A stretch of 60,965 nt of DNA, filler included, from Candidatus Ancaeobacter aquaticus (GTDB lineage Bacteria > Auribacterota > Ancaeobacteria > Ancaeobacterales > Ancaeobacteraceae): NCBI GenBank assembly GCA_030765405.1. It is 6 parts of 6 records of this genome, joined end to end, with 100 filler letters (N's around TTAATTAATTAA, not from the genome) between each part and the next. Parts side by side here need not be neighbours in the genome. Positions count along the whole stretch, not along the records: positions 32,697 to 60,965 come from JAVCCP010000030.1; 5 more parts are not named here. One strand, written 5' to 3'. Made by a program: the position numbers and the translations under genes. Below, piece after piece: positions 48,923 to 58,931 of this stretch. The notes beneath the pieces were generated by a model. It ran no database searches. It saw only the letters and a list, made by a program, of their open reading frames with translations, and had not been told where the DNA came from. How positions within the stretch are numbered: the first letter of the stretch is position 1; each line of letters opens with the position of its first letter.

Positions 48923-49963
48923 ATGAGCAATAATAGCAAACATCCCGTACAGCTTGGATATACAATGCCAGCAGAGTGGGAACCACATTATGGTACGTGG
49001 CTTTCATATCCGCATGCACCGGAAACATTTTTTGATAAACTTGATAGTGTGAGAAACACCTATTGTGAAATGATAAAGATCATTGCTGAAGGTGAGCAGG
49101 TACACGTTAACGTTAATGACGAAGAGATGAAAAAAGATCTTGAGAAAAGGCTTGCTGACAATAAGGTAACGAAAAATGTGCATATACATCTTTTTCCTAC
49201 TGATGATGCATGGTGTCGTGATCACGGAGCAATATTTGTAAAGAATGTAGAACGAGGAGAACTTGCCGCAACAGTATGGAAATTTAATTCATGGGGCGAG
49301 AAATATCCATATAAAAAAGATGCAAAGATAGCGAAAAAGATGGCTGATACATTCAAACTGAAATCATTTGATAGTAAACTGGTTTTTGAAGGTGGATCAA
49401 TAGATGTTAATGGAAACGGAGTTTTGCTTACAACTGAATCGTGCCTGCTTAATCCGAACAGAAACATGGATTTGAGCCGAGAAGATATTGAAAAAGTCCT
49501 GCAAAATTATTTCGGTGTGAAAAAAGTCTTATGGCTCGGTGAAGGTATTGAAGGTGATGATACGGACGGTCACATAGATGATATATCACGGTTTGTGAAT
49601 GAGAACACCATTGTAACGGTCATAGAAAAAGATGAAAACGATATAAATTTCGAACCCCTCAAAGATAATCTCGAGAGATTAATCACCTACACTGATTGTG
49701 AGGGAAAACCATTTAGTATTGTTACCTTGCCAATGCCTGATTCCATTATTGCCGACGGAAAACAAATGCCGGCAAGCTACGCAAACTTTTATATCGCGAA
49801 TGCCGCGGTAATAGTACCGATGTTTGATTGTAAACATGATAAAACAGTACTTGAAATATTAAGAAGATATTTTCCTGATAGAAAAGTTGTGGGGTTACCT
49901 GCATCAGATGTTGTTTTAGGTTTTGGAGCGTTTCACTGCTTAACACAGCAAATACCAAAATAG
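48923..49963 (+). CDS. aguA: Agmatine deiminase
   Basis: MPAEWEPH; DAWCRDHG; EGGSID; DGHIDD; GAFHCLTQQ. Confidence 0.94.
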   Translation: MSNNSKHPVQLGYTMPAEWEPHYGTWLSYPHAPETFFDKLDSVRNTYCEMIKIIAEGEQVHVNVNDEEMKKDLEKRLADNKVTKNVHIHLFPTDDAWCRDHGAIFVKNVERGELAATVWKFNSWGEKYPYKKDAKIAKKMADTFKLKSFDSKLVFEGGSIDVNGNGVLLTTESCLLNPNRNMDLSREDIEKVLQNYFGVKKVLWLGEGIEGDDTDGHIDDISRFVNENTIVTVIEKDENDINFEPLKDNLERLITYTDCEGKPFSIVTLPMPDSIIADGKQMPASYANFYIANAAVIVPMFDCKHDKTVLEILRRYFPDRKVVGLPASDVVLGFGAFHCLTQQIPK

Positions 49964-50026
49964 AGTGGTATCTATTATTGTTTGTTAGAAATGGTAGTGA
50001 TCACTAACTATGAAAATGGAGGAGAG

Positions 50027-51631
50027 ATGAAAATCAAGTTATCAATACTTATGCTTATCGCATTTGTTTTCTCAGTATGCAGTCAATGTTATGCGGATAA
50101 AAATGTCTATATTGAATATATCCTTGATGCATCGAACAGCATGAATGAAACACTCCCTGACGGGCAGAAAAAAATAGACGCGGCAAAAACGATAATGAGT
50201 AATCTTATCGATAATATTTATTCCGAGACAAAAGATACCAATGTCGGATTAAGAATATATGGTGCGAACTTTGACGGAAAGCAGGAGAAAAAAGCAGCAT
50301 GTCTTGATTCTGTTCTGGTGGTGCCTATTAGTCCGATTGACGCAAATCTATTAAAACAAAAAATCGCTTCAACAAACGCGGCAGGATATACCCCGATAGC
50401 TCATTCACTTGAACTTGCGGCACAGGATTTTAAAAAAGGTAAGAGTGATAAAAATAGTATGGTTCTGGTCAGTGACGGTATTGAAACATGTGGCGGTGAT
50501 CCTATCGCGGTCGCAAAGAAACTTATTGCTCAAGGTTTTAATGTAAAGATCTATACGATCGGATTTGTTGTCGATGAAAAAGCTAAGGCCCAGCTTAAAG
50601 GGATAGCCGCGGCTACAGGCGGTAAATATTTTGACGCAAAAGATGCTGATCAACTAAAAAAATCATTGGAAGAAATCAAGAATCGTTCTTTTGAGGGGTA
50701 TGAAGCGTCAGGTAAAGATGTAACACCAACATTATGGATAGCAAACGCCCCTGAAATTGAAAAAGGTGATTATAAGGGCACTTTAGCAATGCAAGAAGCG
50801 AAGTTTTATAAAGCAAAAGTCTATAAGGATCAGACTATTAAAACATCTATGATCGTTAAGAAAACACCGTATGGCGCGTCGAACAATGTTATTCATCAGA
50901 CATTTGCCGTGAAATTATTTGATAATGATCTTAATGAAGTCGCGTTTGAAAGCAAGGATGTTGAAGGTAATCCGGACGACGTTGTTACCTTTAAAGCGAC
51001 CTGGAAAGCAGATAAGGACGGGTGGGTGTATATAGCGTGCGCGGCATCAAAGAACCATGATTGGAAAGGTGCACCGATAAAATTATATCCGGAAGATAGT
51101 GTACCGGCACCTTCTCAGTATACGTTGAAACTTAAAGTAAAGGGTAAAGCTCCTGAAAAACCAAACCCTGTAGCTTTTAAAAAGTATCCAGAAGCGGAAG
51201 ATAAGGGCGGCGTGAACTTTGAGAGCGCATCAGAAATAAAGGTAAATGATTTTGTTATGGGGGACATATATCTTACAGAATCACGATATTATAAGATACC
51301 GGTTTCCGAAGGTATTGAAAAGCTTATGATAAGTGCAGTAGTAAAAAAACCATGGTACCAGGCAAATAATGATGTGATCAATATGACATATAGTCTCAAG
51401 ATATTTGATGAAGATTGGGTTGAAATGAAAGCGGATGCAGCTATCATAGCATGGAACCCCTCAGAACCGTCTTCCATAGTATTGAGTGTTGACGTAGAAG
51501 ATAACGACGAGATTTATTTCTCGCTTAACTCAAGTGATAATCATGGTTCTCGCGGTGCAAGCGATAAGGTAGGTGTATATCCAAAAGATTTCCAGGGTAA
51601 ACCAGAAAATTATTCAGTGTTAGTTCAATAA
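50027..51631 (+). CDS. Secreted vWA-domain protein
   Basis: Signal peptide; MIDAS DASNS; SDGIETCGGDP. Confidence 0.85.
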   Translation: MKIKLSILMLIAFVFSVCSQCYADKNVYIEYILDASNSMNETLPDGQKKIDAAKTIMSNLIDNIYSETKDTNVGLRIYGANFDGKQEKKAACLDSVLVVPISPIDANLLKQKIASTNAAGYTPIAHSLELAAQDFKKGKSDKNSMVLVSDGIETCGGDPIAVAKKLIAQGFNVKIYTIGFVVDEKAKAQLKGIAAATGGKYFDAKDADQLKKSLEEIKNRSFEGYEASGKDVTPTLWIANAPEIEKGDYKGTLAMQEAKFYKAKVYKDQTIKTSMIVKKTPYGASNNVIHQTFAVKLFDNDLNEVAFESKDVEGNPDDVVTFKATWKADKDGWVYIACAASKNHDWKGAPIKLYPEDSVPAPSQYTLKLKVKGKAPEKPNPVAFKKYPEAEDKGGVNFESASEIKVNDFVMGDIYLTESRYYKIPVSEGIEKLMISAVVKKPWYQANNDVINMTYSLKIFDEDWVEMKADAAIIAWNPSEPSSIVLSVDVEDNDEIYFSLNSSDNHGSRGASDKVGVYPKDFQGKPENYSVLVQ

Positions 51632-51650
51632 AAAAAGCAAAGGAGGCAGT

Positions 51651-51818
51651 ATGAAAACATTATTTGGTCTTTTAGTATTGGTTCTTGATATAGTTGCAAT
51701 CGTAGATTGTATAAAAGGCTCTCTACCCAAAGGGAAGAAGATCCTTTGGATCATCTTAATCATACTTCTTCCTGTTGTTGGTATGATTCTTTACTTTTTG
51801 CTTGGAAAACAGAAATAA
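51651..51818 (+). CDS. PLDc N-terminal-like small membrane protein (55 aa)
   Basis: AGGAGG RBS; KILWIILIILLPVVGMILYFLLG. Confidence 0.8.
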   Translation: MKTLFGLLVLVLDIVAIVDCIKGSLPKGKKILWIILIILLPVVGMILYFLLGKQK

Positions 51819-51857
51819 TAAATAATATCGAAGAGTAAGAAAAAATATCGAAGATAT

Positions 51858-51910
51858 GGAGAGGTCGCATAGTCTGGCTTAGTGCGCTGTGATCTGAAAG
51901 CTTTACTGAG
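51858..51910 (+). pseudogene. Decayed duplicate of tRNA-Ser(GGA)
   Basis: 29/30 match to tRNA 5' end, anticodon arm missing, then TGTGATC and trailer ACTGAG. Confidence 0.75.
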
Positions 51911-51984
51911 AATAACACGGGGAAACTATCTTTTTTGGTAGCTATAATTAAGTATCCTGTCCCCTTAATTATTAAGTGACATTT

Positions 51985-52824
51985 ATGAAGATAACAATAT
52001 TAATCGACAACAATACATTAATAGATAGGTACCTTCTTGGAGAACCAGGGGTATCGTATTTAATTCAAGACGGAAATAGACAAGTATTATTTGATGTTGG
52101 TTACTCTAACGCCTTTATTATCAATGCTAAAAAGCTGAATTTAAATTTACTGCAAAGCGATTATCTTGTTCTTTCTCATGGACATTTAGATCATACGTGG
52201 GGGCTTGATCCACTTTTAAAAATGTATACTGAAGCAAAAATTGAATCAGTACCCTTTACGAATCCAACCTTAATAGCTCATCCAAATGTATTCGAAACAA
52301 AGACTGTAGATGGTTTAAATGAAATCGGCTGTACAATTTCTAAATGCAAGCTTGATCAACACTTTGAGATGAATTTAACAAAGGAACCTTTTTGGTTGTC
52401 GGATAAATTAGTTTTTCTTGGTGAAATAGAAAGATCAAACAATTTTGAAAACAAAGTACCTATTGGAAAAGTTCATTCCAAGGATGGAATAAAAGATGAT
52501 TTTCTATTAGATGATACAGCATTGGCCTATAAGGGGAGTGAAGGATTGATAGTTATTACGGGTTGTTCTCATTCTGGGATTTGTAATATTGTAGAATATG
52601 CCAAAAAGGTTTGTGATGAGAATAGTGTTGTTGACGTTATTGGTGGATTTCATTTAATGCAGCCTTCTCAAGAACAATTGAAATGTACCGTCGATTATTT
52701 TCAAAAGTTAAAATCGAAAGAGCTGCATCCTTGTCATTGTGTAGACTTAAATTCAAAAATCGCTTTGTCAAAGGTGGCAAATTTAAAAGAAGTTGGCGTT
52801 GGGCTGTCTATTGAATATAGTTAA
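51985..52824 (+). CDS. MBL-fold metallo-hydrolase
   Basis: SHGHLDHTWG; TGCSHSG; GGFHL; HC. Confidence 0.88.
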   Translation: MKITILIDNNTLIDRYLLGEPGVSYLIQDGNRQVLFDVGYSNAFIINAKKLNLNLLQSDYLVLSHGHLDHTWGLDPLLKMYTEAKIESVPFTNPTLIAHPNVFETKTVDGLNEIGCTISKCKLDQHFEMNLTKEPFWLSDKLVFLGEIERSNNFENKVPIGKVHSKDGIKDDFLLDDTALAYKGSEGLIVITGCSHSGICNIVEYAKKVCDENSVVDVIGGFHLMQPSQEQLKCTVDYFQKLKSKELHPCHCVDLNSKIALSKVANLKEVGVGLSIEYS

Positions 52825-52855
52825 TATGTTATCAAGGGCACAAATATTTATTATT

Positions 52856-52945
52856 GGAGAGGTCGCATAGCCTGGCTTAGTGCGCACGCTTGGAAAGCGT
52901 GTGATCAGAAATGATCCGGGGGTTCGAATCCCCCCCTCTCCGCCA
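52856..52945 (+). tRNA. tRNA-Ser(GGA)
   Basis: GGAGAGG acceptor; CACGC-TTGGAAA-GCGTG; long variable arm; CCA. Confidence 0.95.
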
Positions 52946-53019
52946 CTGAGACTGTAAAAGTCACAAGCGAAGCAATGTGAATTGAATGAGTGCTTAAAAA
53001 ATAACAAAGGAGGTTTATT

Positions 53020-53286
53020 ATGTCAGTAGAAAATGCCAGAGCATATATTCAAAAATTTAAGTCAGACCGAGAGTTCTGCAATCAGTTGAATGAAGCAAAA
53101 ACAAAAGAAGAACGCTTGAAAATTGCTAAAGAAGCAGGATTAGAGTTTACAGAGGAGGAATACAAAACTGTTACCTCCGAACTCCCCAATTGGACTATTG
53201 ACAAATGGTTGGAAGCAAGACGAGCTTATGATAAGTTTGAGACAAGTTGGCTGGCTCGCGAATTTAGTCCTTGGTGGGTTAAGTAA
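53020..53286 (+). CDS. Nif11-like leader peptide protein with Trp-rich C-terminus
   Basis: MSVENARAYIQKFKSD.EF..L......IAKEAGLEFTEEE. Confidence 0.75.
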   Translation: MSVENARAYIQKFKSDREFCNQLNEAKTKEERLKIAKEAGLEFTEEEYKTVTSELPNWTIDKWLEARRAYDKFETSWLAREFSPWWVK

Positions 53287-53306
53287 GGGCTCTGAAATAC
53301 AATAAA

Positions 53307-53328
53307 AAATAGAGACTGTCCCTATTTA
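53307..53328. repeat. GGGAC-core palindrome, left of czcCBA
   Basis: AAATAGAGACTGTCCCTATTTA identical to 58887-58908. Confidence 0.88.
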
Positions 53329-53518
53329 ATTCCGGAAATCGTACAGCGATTTTTAGATTGGAAGTAGTCTTTTCACCGACCCGATATGTCGGGGTGGGTG
53401 GGGGTGATAACCGTGTTCCACCGCGTAGGAGTCACTTTGTGCCACCTACGTGGAGTAACACTACAACGCCCGCGGTGTATAAAATAAAACCGTTTTATTG
53501 CACAGGAAAGGTTAAACA

Positions 53519-54769
53519 ATGTTTAATATGAAAAAAACAGTAATACCTTTTCTTTTTCTTCTCCTCTTTCTCTCAACAACTGCGCATGCAGAGAGGGTGC
53601 TTACATTAGATACAGCGCTCATGACAGCATATAAAGATAATCCCCGCATGATTGAAGCAAGAGAATCTATTCTTTCCTCAAAAGGCGATAAGATATCAAC
53701 CATGGCTCTTTCTGATCCTGAAATAAGTTTTGATATCGGCGGTCTCAAAAAGGAACATGGCCAGCGCATCGTAAACCTTGATAAATTTGATGTGTCACAA
53801 GATTTTGATCCTATAGGTGTTTACTGGCTTAAAAACATGGTAGCATCAAACGATATTCTGATCGAAGAAGAAGGGTTAAAATCAGTATGGAGTGCAATAT
53901 ATGTTGAAGTGAGAGAAGCATACACTAAATTGATACTTGATAAAAAAAGAGAAGAATTAGCTCTGGAAAATCTCATTATTCTGAGACAGTTTTTTAGTAA
54001 GGTGCAACTTCGCTATAAGTCAGGCTCAGCACTTAAAAATGATGTTCAAAGAGCAAAAATCGAAACGCTTACAGCTGAAACAGAATATCTCTTTGTCGAA
54101 AAAGCAATTAAAACAGATAAAGCAAAATTAAATGTACTCATGGGAAGATCACTTACAGAGCCTATTCTTATAGAAGAAGAACTTGAAGCTGATAAGCTAA
54201 CGCTTAACCTGAAAGAATTGCAAGAAATGGCTTTTTCAAGAAACCCGTACCTTAAAAAGGAACAACTCATTTTAGATTCGAAAGATAAAAAAGTAGCAAT
54301 GGAACACCTGAACCGTTTTCCGGCACCTTTTGTTGGTTTTGAAAGAATGATGGCTGATTATGATAATGACTATACAATTATTTTAGGTATGACCGTGCCT
54401 TTATGGGATCTGAATCAGGGAGAAGTGAAGAAAGCTGAAGCGCAGAAGAAAATCCAGCAGGCACGAAAAAATGGTCTTAAAAAAATAATTGCATATAATG
54501 TGTATGAAGCGTTTCTTGACGCTGAATTGTCTCAAAGGCAATTGGAGATACTTACAAAATCAATTGAAGAAGCCAATGAGCTCCTTCGACTGGCAAATCT
54601 AAAATATGGTGAAGGAGAAATAGATTTTATCAATTATCTTGATCAGGTACGAACAGCAACACAAACCAGAACAAGATACTATCAAGGTCTTTTCGACTTT
54701 AATAATGCTATAACCAAGTTAGAAAAGATAGTGTATAGATCGGTTAGAGAGGAGAACTATTTAAAATGA
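53519..54769 (+). CDS. TolC-family outer-membrane efflux protein (CzcC-like)
   Basis: Signal peptide; VPLWDLNQG; YGEGEID; operon context. Confidence 0.85.
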   Translation: MFNMKKTVIPFLFLLLFLSTTAHAERVLTLDTALMTAYKDNPRMIEARESILSSKGDKISTMALSDPEISFDIGGLKKEHGQRIVNLDKFDVSQDFDPIGVYWLKNMVASNDILIEEEGLKSVWSAIYVEVREAYTKLILDKKREELALENLIILRQFFSKVQLRYKSGSALKNDVQRAKIETLTAETEYLFVEKAIKTDKAKLNVLMGRSLTEPILIEEELEADKLTLNLKELQEMAFSRNPYLKKEQLILDSKDKKVAMEHLNRFPAPFVGFERMMADYDNDYTIILGMTVPLWDLNQGEVKKAEAQKKIQQARKNGLKKIIAYNVYEAFLDAELSQRQLEILTKSIEEANELLRLANLKYGEGEIDFINYLDQVRTATQTRTRYYQGLFDFNNAITKLEKIVYRSVREENYLK

Positions 54770-55749
54770 AGATACTAAAAATATTCGTAATTATTATATT
54801 TTCATTCGCTATTGGTGGCGCTGTAACGTATCAATATCTATCTCAAGAAAAGGGCGGGCATGAGCTTCATGATGAACATGGTCATGAGGATGAGCACGGT
54901 GAACATAAAGGTATATCAGATGAACAATCACTTGATGAGAAGGTTCAGAAACTGATCGGGGTTAAAATAGGTAAAGCAGTGCGCAGGAAGATACGAAATG
55001 AAGTATCTGTGATAGGTCATATTGCTCAGGATACTGAATTTATATACAACATAGTACCGGAAGGTTCAGGAGAAATAATAACATGCAACGCTGAAATTGG
55101 TTCTTTTGTTAATAAAGGAGATGTTGTGTGTACTATCAAGAAAAAAGGGCCTGATGGAAAGATGATGGAAGTGAAGGCGCCTGTATCTGGAGTAGTTGTT
55201 GGTGATTTTTCCAGTCCCGGAGATAAAGTAGATAAGATTTCTTCTGTACATGCAATTGCCGATCTATCAAAGCTATGGGCAATATTGAATGTATATGAAA
55301 AGGATATTGCTCAAATAAAATTAGGGCAGAAAGTTATTGCTCAATCAATAGCGTATCCGGAGAAAACTTTTGATGGAGAGATACTTTTTATCTCTCCGAG
55401 AGTAGATGAAAATACACGAACAATAAAAGTTCGTGCACTGGTAAAAAATCCTGAGTATCTCTTGAAATTAGGTATGTTCATTACCGCCGATATCATAATT
55501 GAATCAGACGATACATATCTCACCGTACCAAAATCAGCAGTATTTTCTTTTGCGAATAAGAAAATAGTTTTTGTTAAAACAGCACAGAATAAGTTTGAGA
55601 CAAGAGATATAGAGATAATCGATGAAACGAAAAATGAAGTAGCAATAGGTAAAGGGATAAGCGAAAACGAAGCTGTTGTTGTTGATGGCGGTTTTCTCCT
55701 TAAATCAGAGGCATTGCGATCGCAGCTCGGATCGGGATGCGCAGAATAA
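54766..55749 (+). CDS. RND membrane-fusion protein (CzcB/CusB-like)
   Basis: His-rich HDEHGHEDEHGEH; ADLSKLW; SPRVDENTRTIKVR. Confidence 0.9.
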   Translation: MKILKIFVIIIFSFAIGGAVTYQYLSQEKGGHELHDEHGHEDEHGEHKGISDEQSLDEKVQKLIGVKIGKAVRRKIRNEVSVIGHIAQDTEFIYNIVPEGSGEIITCNAEIGSFVNKGDVVCTIKKKGPDGKMMEVKAPVSGVVVGDFSSPGDKVDKISSVHAIADLSKLWAILNVYEKDIAQIKLGQKVIAQSIAYPEKTFDGEILFISPRVDENTRTIKVRALVKNPEYLLKLGMFITADIIIESDDTYLTVPKSAVFSFANKKIVFVKTAQNKFETRDIEIIDETKNEVAIGKGISENEAVVVDGGFLLKSEALRSQLGSGCAE

Positions 55750-55766
55750 TAAAGGATCATATTTAG

Positions 55767-58700
55767 GTGGATAGATTTATTCAATTTGTATTAAAACAGC
55801 GCTTATTAGTAATTATGTGCTTAGTAGGGTTATTGGTCTGGGGAGTGTATTCCTGGTACAAAATACCGATAGATGCTTTTCCTGATGTAACGAATGTTCA
55901 GGTTATGGTACTTACCAATGCTGAAGGTCTGGCACCGGCAGAAGTCGAGAGGCTAATCACATACCCGATAGAAATAGAGATGAACGGATTACCGAATGTG
56001 AAGCTGATACGATCTCTCTCTAAATATGGATTAAGCCAGGTTGTCATCGTCTTTGAAGATAGTGTAGATATATATTTTGCTCGCCAACTTATTTTTGAGA
56101 GATTATCTAACGCAAAGAAAAACTTACCTGTAGGATATGAACCCGAACTGGGACCGGTGAGCACAGGGCTGGGAGAAATATTACAATACACATTAAAAAC
56201 CGATGATGCGTCAGTAGATCTAACGGAACTACGCACCATTCAGGACTGGGTAATAAAACCACAGCTTCGTTCTGTTCCGGGAGTAACTGAGATTAATTCT
56301 TTTGGAGGGTTTGTTAAACAGTATCAGGTTGTCGTTGATCCCAAAAGATTACTCAAATATCAGATAAGTGTTAACGAGGTATATGAATCACTCCAAAATA
56401 ATAATGCGAGTGCTCCCGCAAACTTTATTGTAAAAGGTGGAGAGCAAATCGTTACCAGAAGTGAAGGCCTCATCAACTCTGATAATGTCGAAGAAAACAT
56501 TACAAGTATTGGCAATATTGTTATCACCACAAGAGAACATGTTCCTATATATCTCAAAGACATAGCTGATATACAGATCGGGCATGAGGTCCGACAGGGT
56601 GTAGTTACCCGTGACGCAAAAGGTGAAACGGTATGCGGTATGGTAATCATGCTCAAAGATTCTAATGCGCGATCAGTTGTTGATAGGGTCAAATCAAAAA
56701 TATATGAAATTCAAAAAAGACTTCCTAAGGGGGTAACACTTGATGTGTTTTATGATCGTATGGAACTCATTGAGTCTTGTGTAGGCACGATATCAAAAGC
56801 GCTTTTACAGGGAGGATTTTTAGTTATCCTTGTGTTGTTTCTTTTTATTGGTAATTTGCGCTTAAGCGCAATAGTGTGTTTGTCGATACCTTTGACTGCT
56901 CTTATTTGTTTTATCCTTATGCGATATACCGGTGTGTCAGCAAATCTTATGTCTTTAGGAGGATTAGCTATCGCGATCGGTATGATCGTCGATGCAAATA
57001 TTGTTGTCGGGGAAAACATTTACCGGCATTTATCAGAGGAAGATTCAGGAAAAGATAAAATCACCGTATGTATTGAGTCAGTTAAAGAAGTCGCCCGACC
57101 GGTATTATTTTCTATACTGATCATTATTTTGGTTTTTGTGCCTTTGTTCAGTTTACAGTCGATAGAAGGCAAGATGTTTAAGCCGCTTGCACTAACAATA
57201 ATGTTTGCGATGATAGGTGCTCTCTTTGTTTCACTCACGATTACCCCGGTACTTTGTTCTTTACTTATAAAGCAGAGACGTACAACAAAAAAAGTACATT
57301 CTGGAATGCGTGTTATAAGAAAAATATATCTCGCTTTATTAGATGTGGCATTAAGACATAAAGTGACAACGGTCTCAATAGCTGCTCTTGCATTAATTGC
57401 TTCTATTATTGGTTTTAGATATGTGGGCTCAGAGTTTCTTCCTTATCTTGATGAAGGTGCTATCGCAATGAACGTTGTAAAGTATCCTACCGCTTCACTT
57501 GAAGAATCAAAAAGAATAGGCACAATAATCGAACAGAACTTATTAACATTTCCTGAAGTAAAGACGGTGGTAACAAAAACCGGTACAGCTGAAATCGCTG
57601 AAGATCCTATGGGTCCGGAACAGAATGATATTTTTATCATGCTTAAACCGCGATCACACTGGAAAGCAAAAAACAAAATGGAATTAATAGAACGCATTAG
57701 CGACAAGTTAAGTGTGATACCTGGATTAAAACTCAATTTTACCCAACCCATAGCTTTGAGGGTGAACGAGCTGATATCCGGTATTAAGTCTGATGTAGCG
57801 ATTAAAGTATTCGGATATGATCTCAATATCCTTAAAGAAGAAGCTGAAGAAATAGAACACATTGTCGCCGGTATTGATGGCGCAAAAGATGTAAAGGTAG
57901 AACAGATTTCAGGCTTTTTACAATTAGATATAGATATCGACCGTAACGCCGTTGCCCGATACGGTATAAATGTCGATGATATTAATGAGATTGTAGAAAA
58001 AGCCGTTGGCGGAAAAACTGCCGGGATAGTGTACGAAAATGACAGGAGATTTAATATTTTTGTAAGATATCCAATCGAAAGCCGAAGAGATGAGAAGGCA
58101 ATAGGAAATATTTTAATACCTGCACCTATTGGGCAGAATATTCCTTTAGCCCAACTTGCAAAGATACATATTAACGAAGTACCCGCGCAGATCAGCCGTG
58201 AAGCAAATATGCGACGCATTGTCGTTGAATGTAATGTGAGAGGTAGAGACATAGGGAGCTTTGTACGTGAGGCAAGAACAAAAATTGACAAGATTGAGAA
58301 AAATCTTCCACCAAATTATTTCATAAACTGGGGAGGACAATTTGAAAATCAGGAAAGAGCAATGAAAACACTTTCTGTTGTCGTGCCTGTGGTTATCTTA
58401 ATGATATTTGTCATGCTTTTTACTGCGTTTGGTTCTGTTCGTCCGGCACTGTTAGTAATATTAAATCTACCTTTTGCTTTAGTAGGAGGGATATTTTTAG
58501 TTCTTCTCTTGAAAGTGACTTTAAGTGTATCTGCGGTGGTGGGCTTTATTGCTCTTTTTGGTATCGCGGTTGAAAACGGTATTGTTTTAGTAACATTCTT
58601 TTCACAGTTAAGAAAAAAAGGATTAGAGTTGAATGAAGCTATCCGTAAAGGATGTGAATTGCGCTTGAGACCTTTACTCTTAACTACTCTAACAACTATA

Positions 58701-58865
58701 TTTGGATTAATACCATTATTATGGGCAACAGGTTCAGGAGCAGAGATACAAAAGCCTTTAGCGATCGTTGTTTTAGGAGGACTTATTTCGTCATGGTTTT
58801 TGACACTTATAGTTTTACCGTGCCTATATGAATGGATGGAGAGTAAGACATCGCTTCGCGAGTAG
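55767..58865 (+). CDS. czcA: Heavy-metal efflux RND permease (CzcA/CusA family)
   Basis: IDAFPDVTNVQV; MSLGGLAIAIGMIVD; RLRPLL. Confidence 0.93.
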   Translation: MDRFIQFVLKQRLLVIMCLVGLLVWGVYSWYKIPIDAFPDVTNVQVMVLTNAEGLAPAEVERLITYPIEIEMNGLPNVKLIRSLSKYGLSQVVIVFEDSVDIYFARQLIFERLSNAKKNLPVGYEPELGPVSTGLGEILQYTLKTDDASVDLTELRTIQDWVIKPQLRSVPGVTEINSFGGFVKQYQVVVDPKRLLKYQISVNEVYESLQNNNASAPANFIVKGGEQIVTRSEGLINSDNVEENITSIGNIVITTREHVPIYLKDIADIQIGHEVRQGVVTRDAKGETVCGMVIMLKDSNARSVVDRVKSKIYEIQKRLPKGVTLDVFYDRMELIESCVGTISKALLQGGFLVILVLFLFIGNLRLSAIVCLSIPLTALICFILMRYTGVSANLMSLGGLAIAIGMIVDANIVVGENIYRHLSEEDSGKDKITVCIESVKEVARPVLFSILIIILVFVPLFSLQSIEGKMFKPLALTIMFAMIGALFVSLTITPVLCSLLIKQRRTTKKVHSGMRVIRKIYLALLDVALRHKVTTVSIAALALIASIIGFRYVGSEFLPYLDEGAIAMNVVKYPTASLEESKRIGTIIEQNLLTFPEVKTVVTKTGTAEIAEDPMGPEQNDIFIMLKPRSHWKAKNKMELIERISDKLSVIPGLKLNFTQPIALRVNELISGIKSDVAIKVFGYDLNILKEEAEEIEHIVAGIDGAKDVKVEQISGFLQLDIDIDRNAVARYGINVDDINEIVEKAVGGKTAGIVYENDRRFNIFVRYPIESRRDEKAIGNILIPAPIGQNIPLAQLAKIHINEVPAQISREANMRRIVVECNVRGRDIGSFVREARTKIDKIEKNLPPNYFINWGGQFENQERAMKTLSVVVPVVILMIFVMLFTAFGSVRPALLVILNLPFALVGGIFLVLLLKVTLSVSAVVGFIALFGIAVENGIVLVTFFSQLRKKGLELNEAIRKGCELRLRPLLLTTLTTIFGLIPLLWATGSGAEIQKPLAIVVLGGLISSWFLTLIVLPCLYEWMESKTSLRE

Positions 58866-58886
58866 TAGATAGGAAACAATTAGAAT

Positions 58887-58908
58887 AAATAGAGACTGTC
58901 CCTATTTA
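58887..58908. repeat. GGGAC-core palindrome, right of czcCBA
   Basis: Direct copy of 53307-53328. Confidence 0.88.
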
Positions 58909-58931
58909 TTTGTAGTTAAGAGGATTGGTAA

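Noticed and set aside
33023..52945. Long-arm tRNAs as tRNA-Sec
   Set aside because: Anticodons are GCT, CGA and GGA with 7-bp acceptor stems, i.e. ordinary tRNA-Ser.
53330..53510. Metal-sensing riboswitch ahead of czcC
   Set aside because: Structure is explained by dispersed palindrome families; no NiCo consensus recognised by eye. An Rfam scan would settle it.
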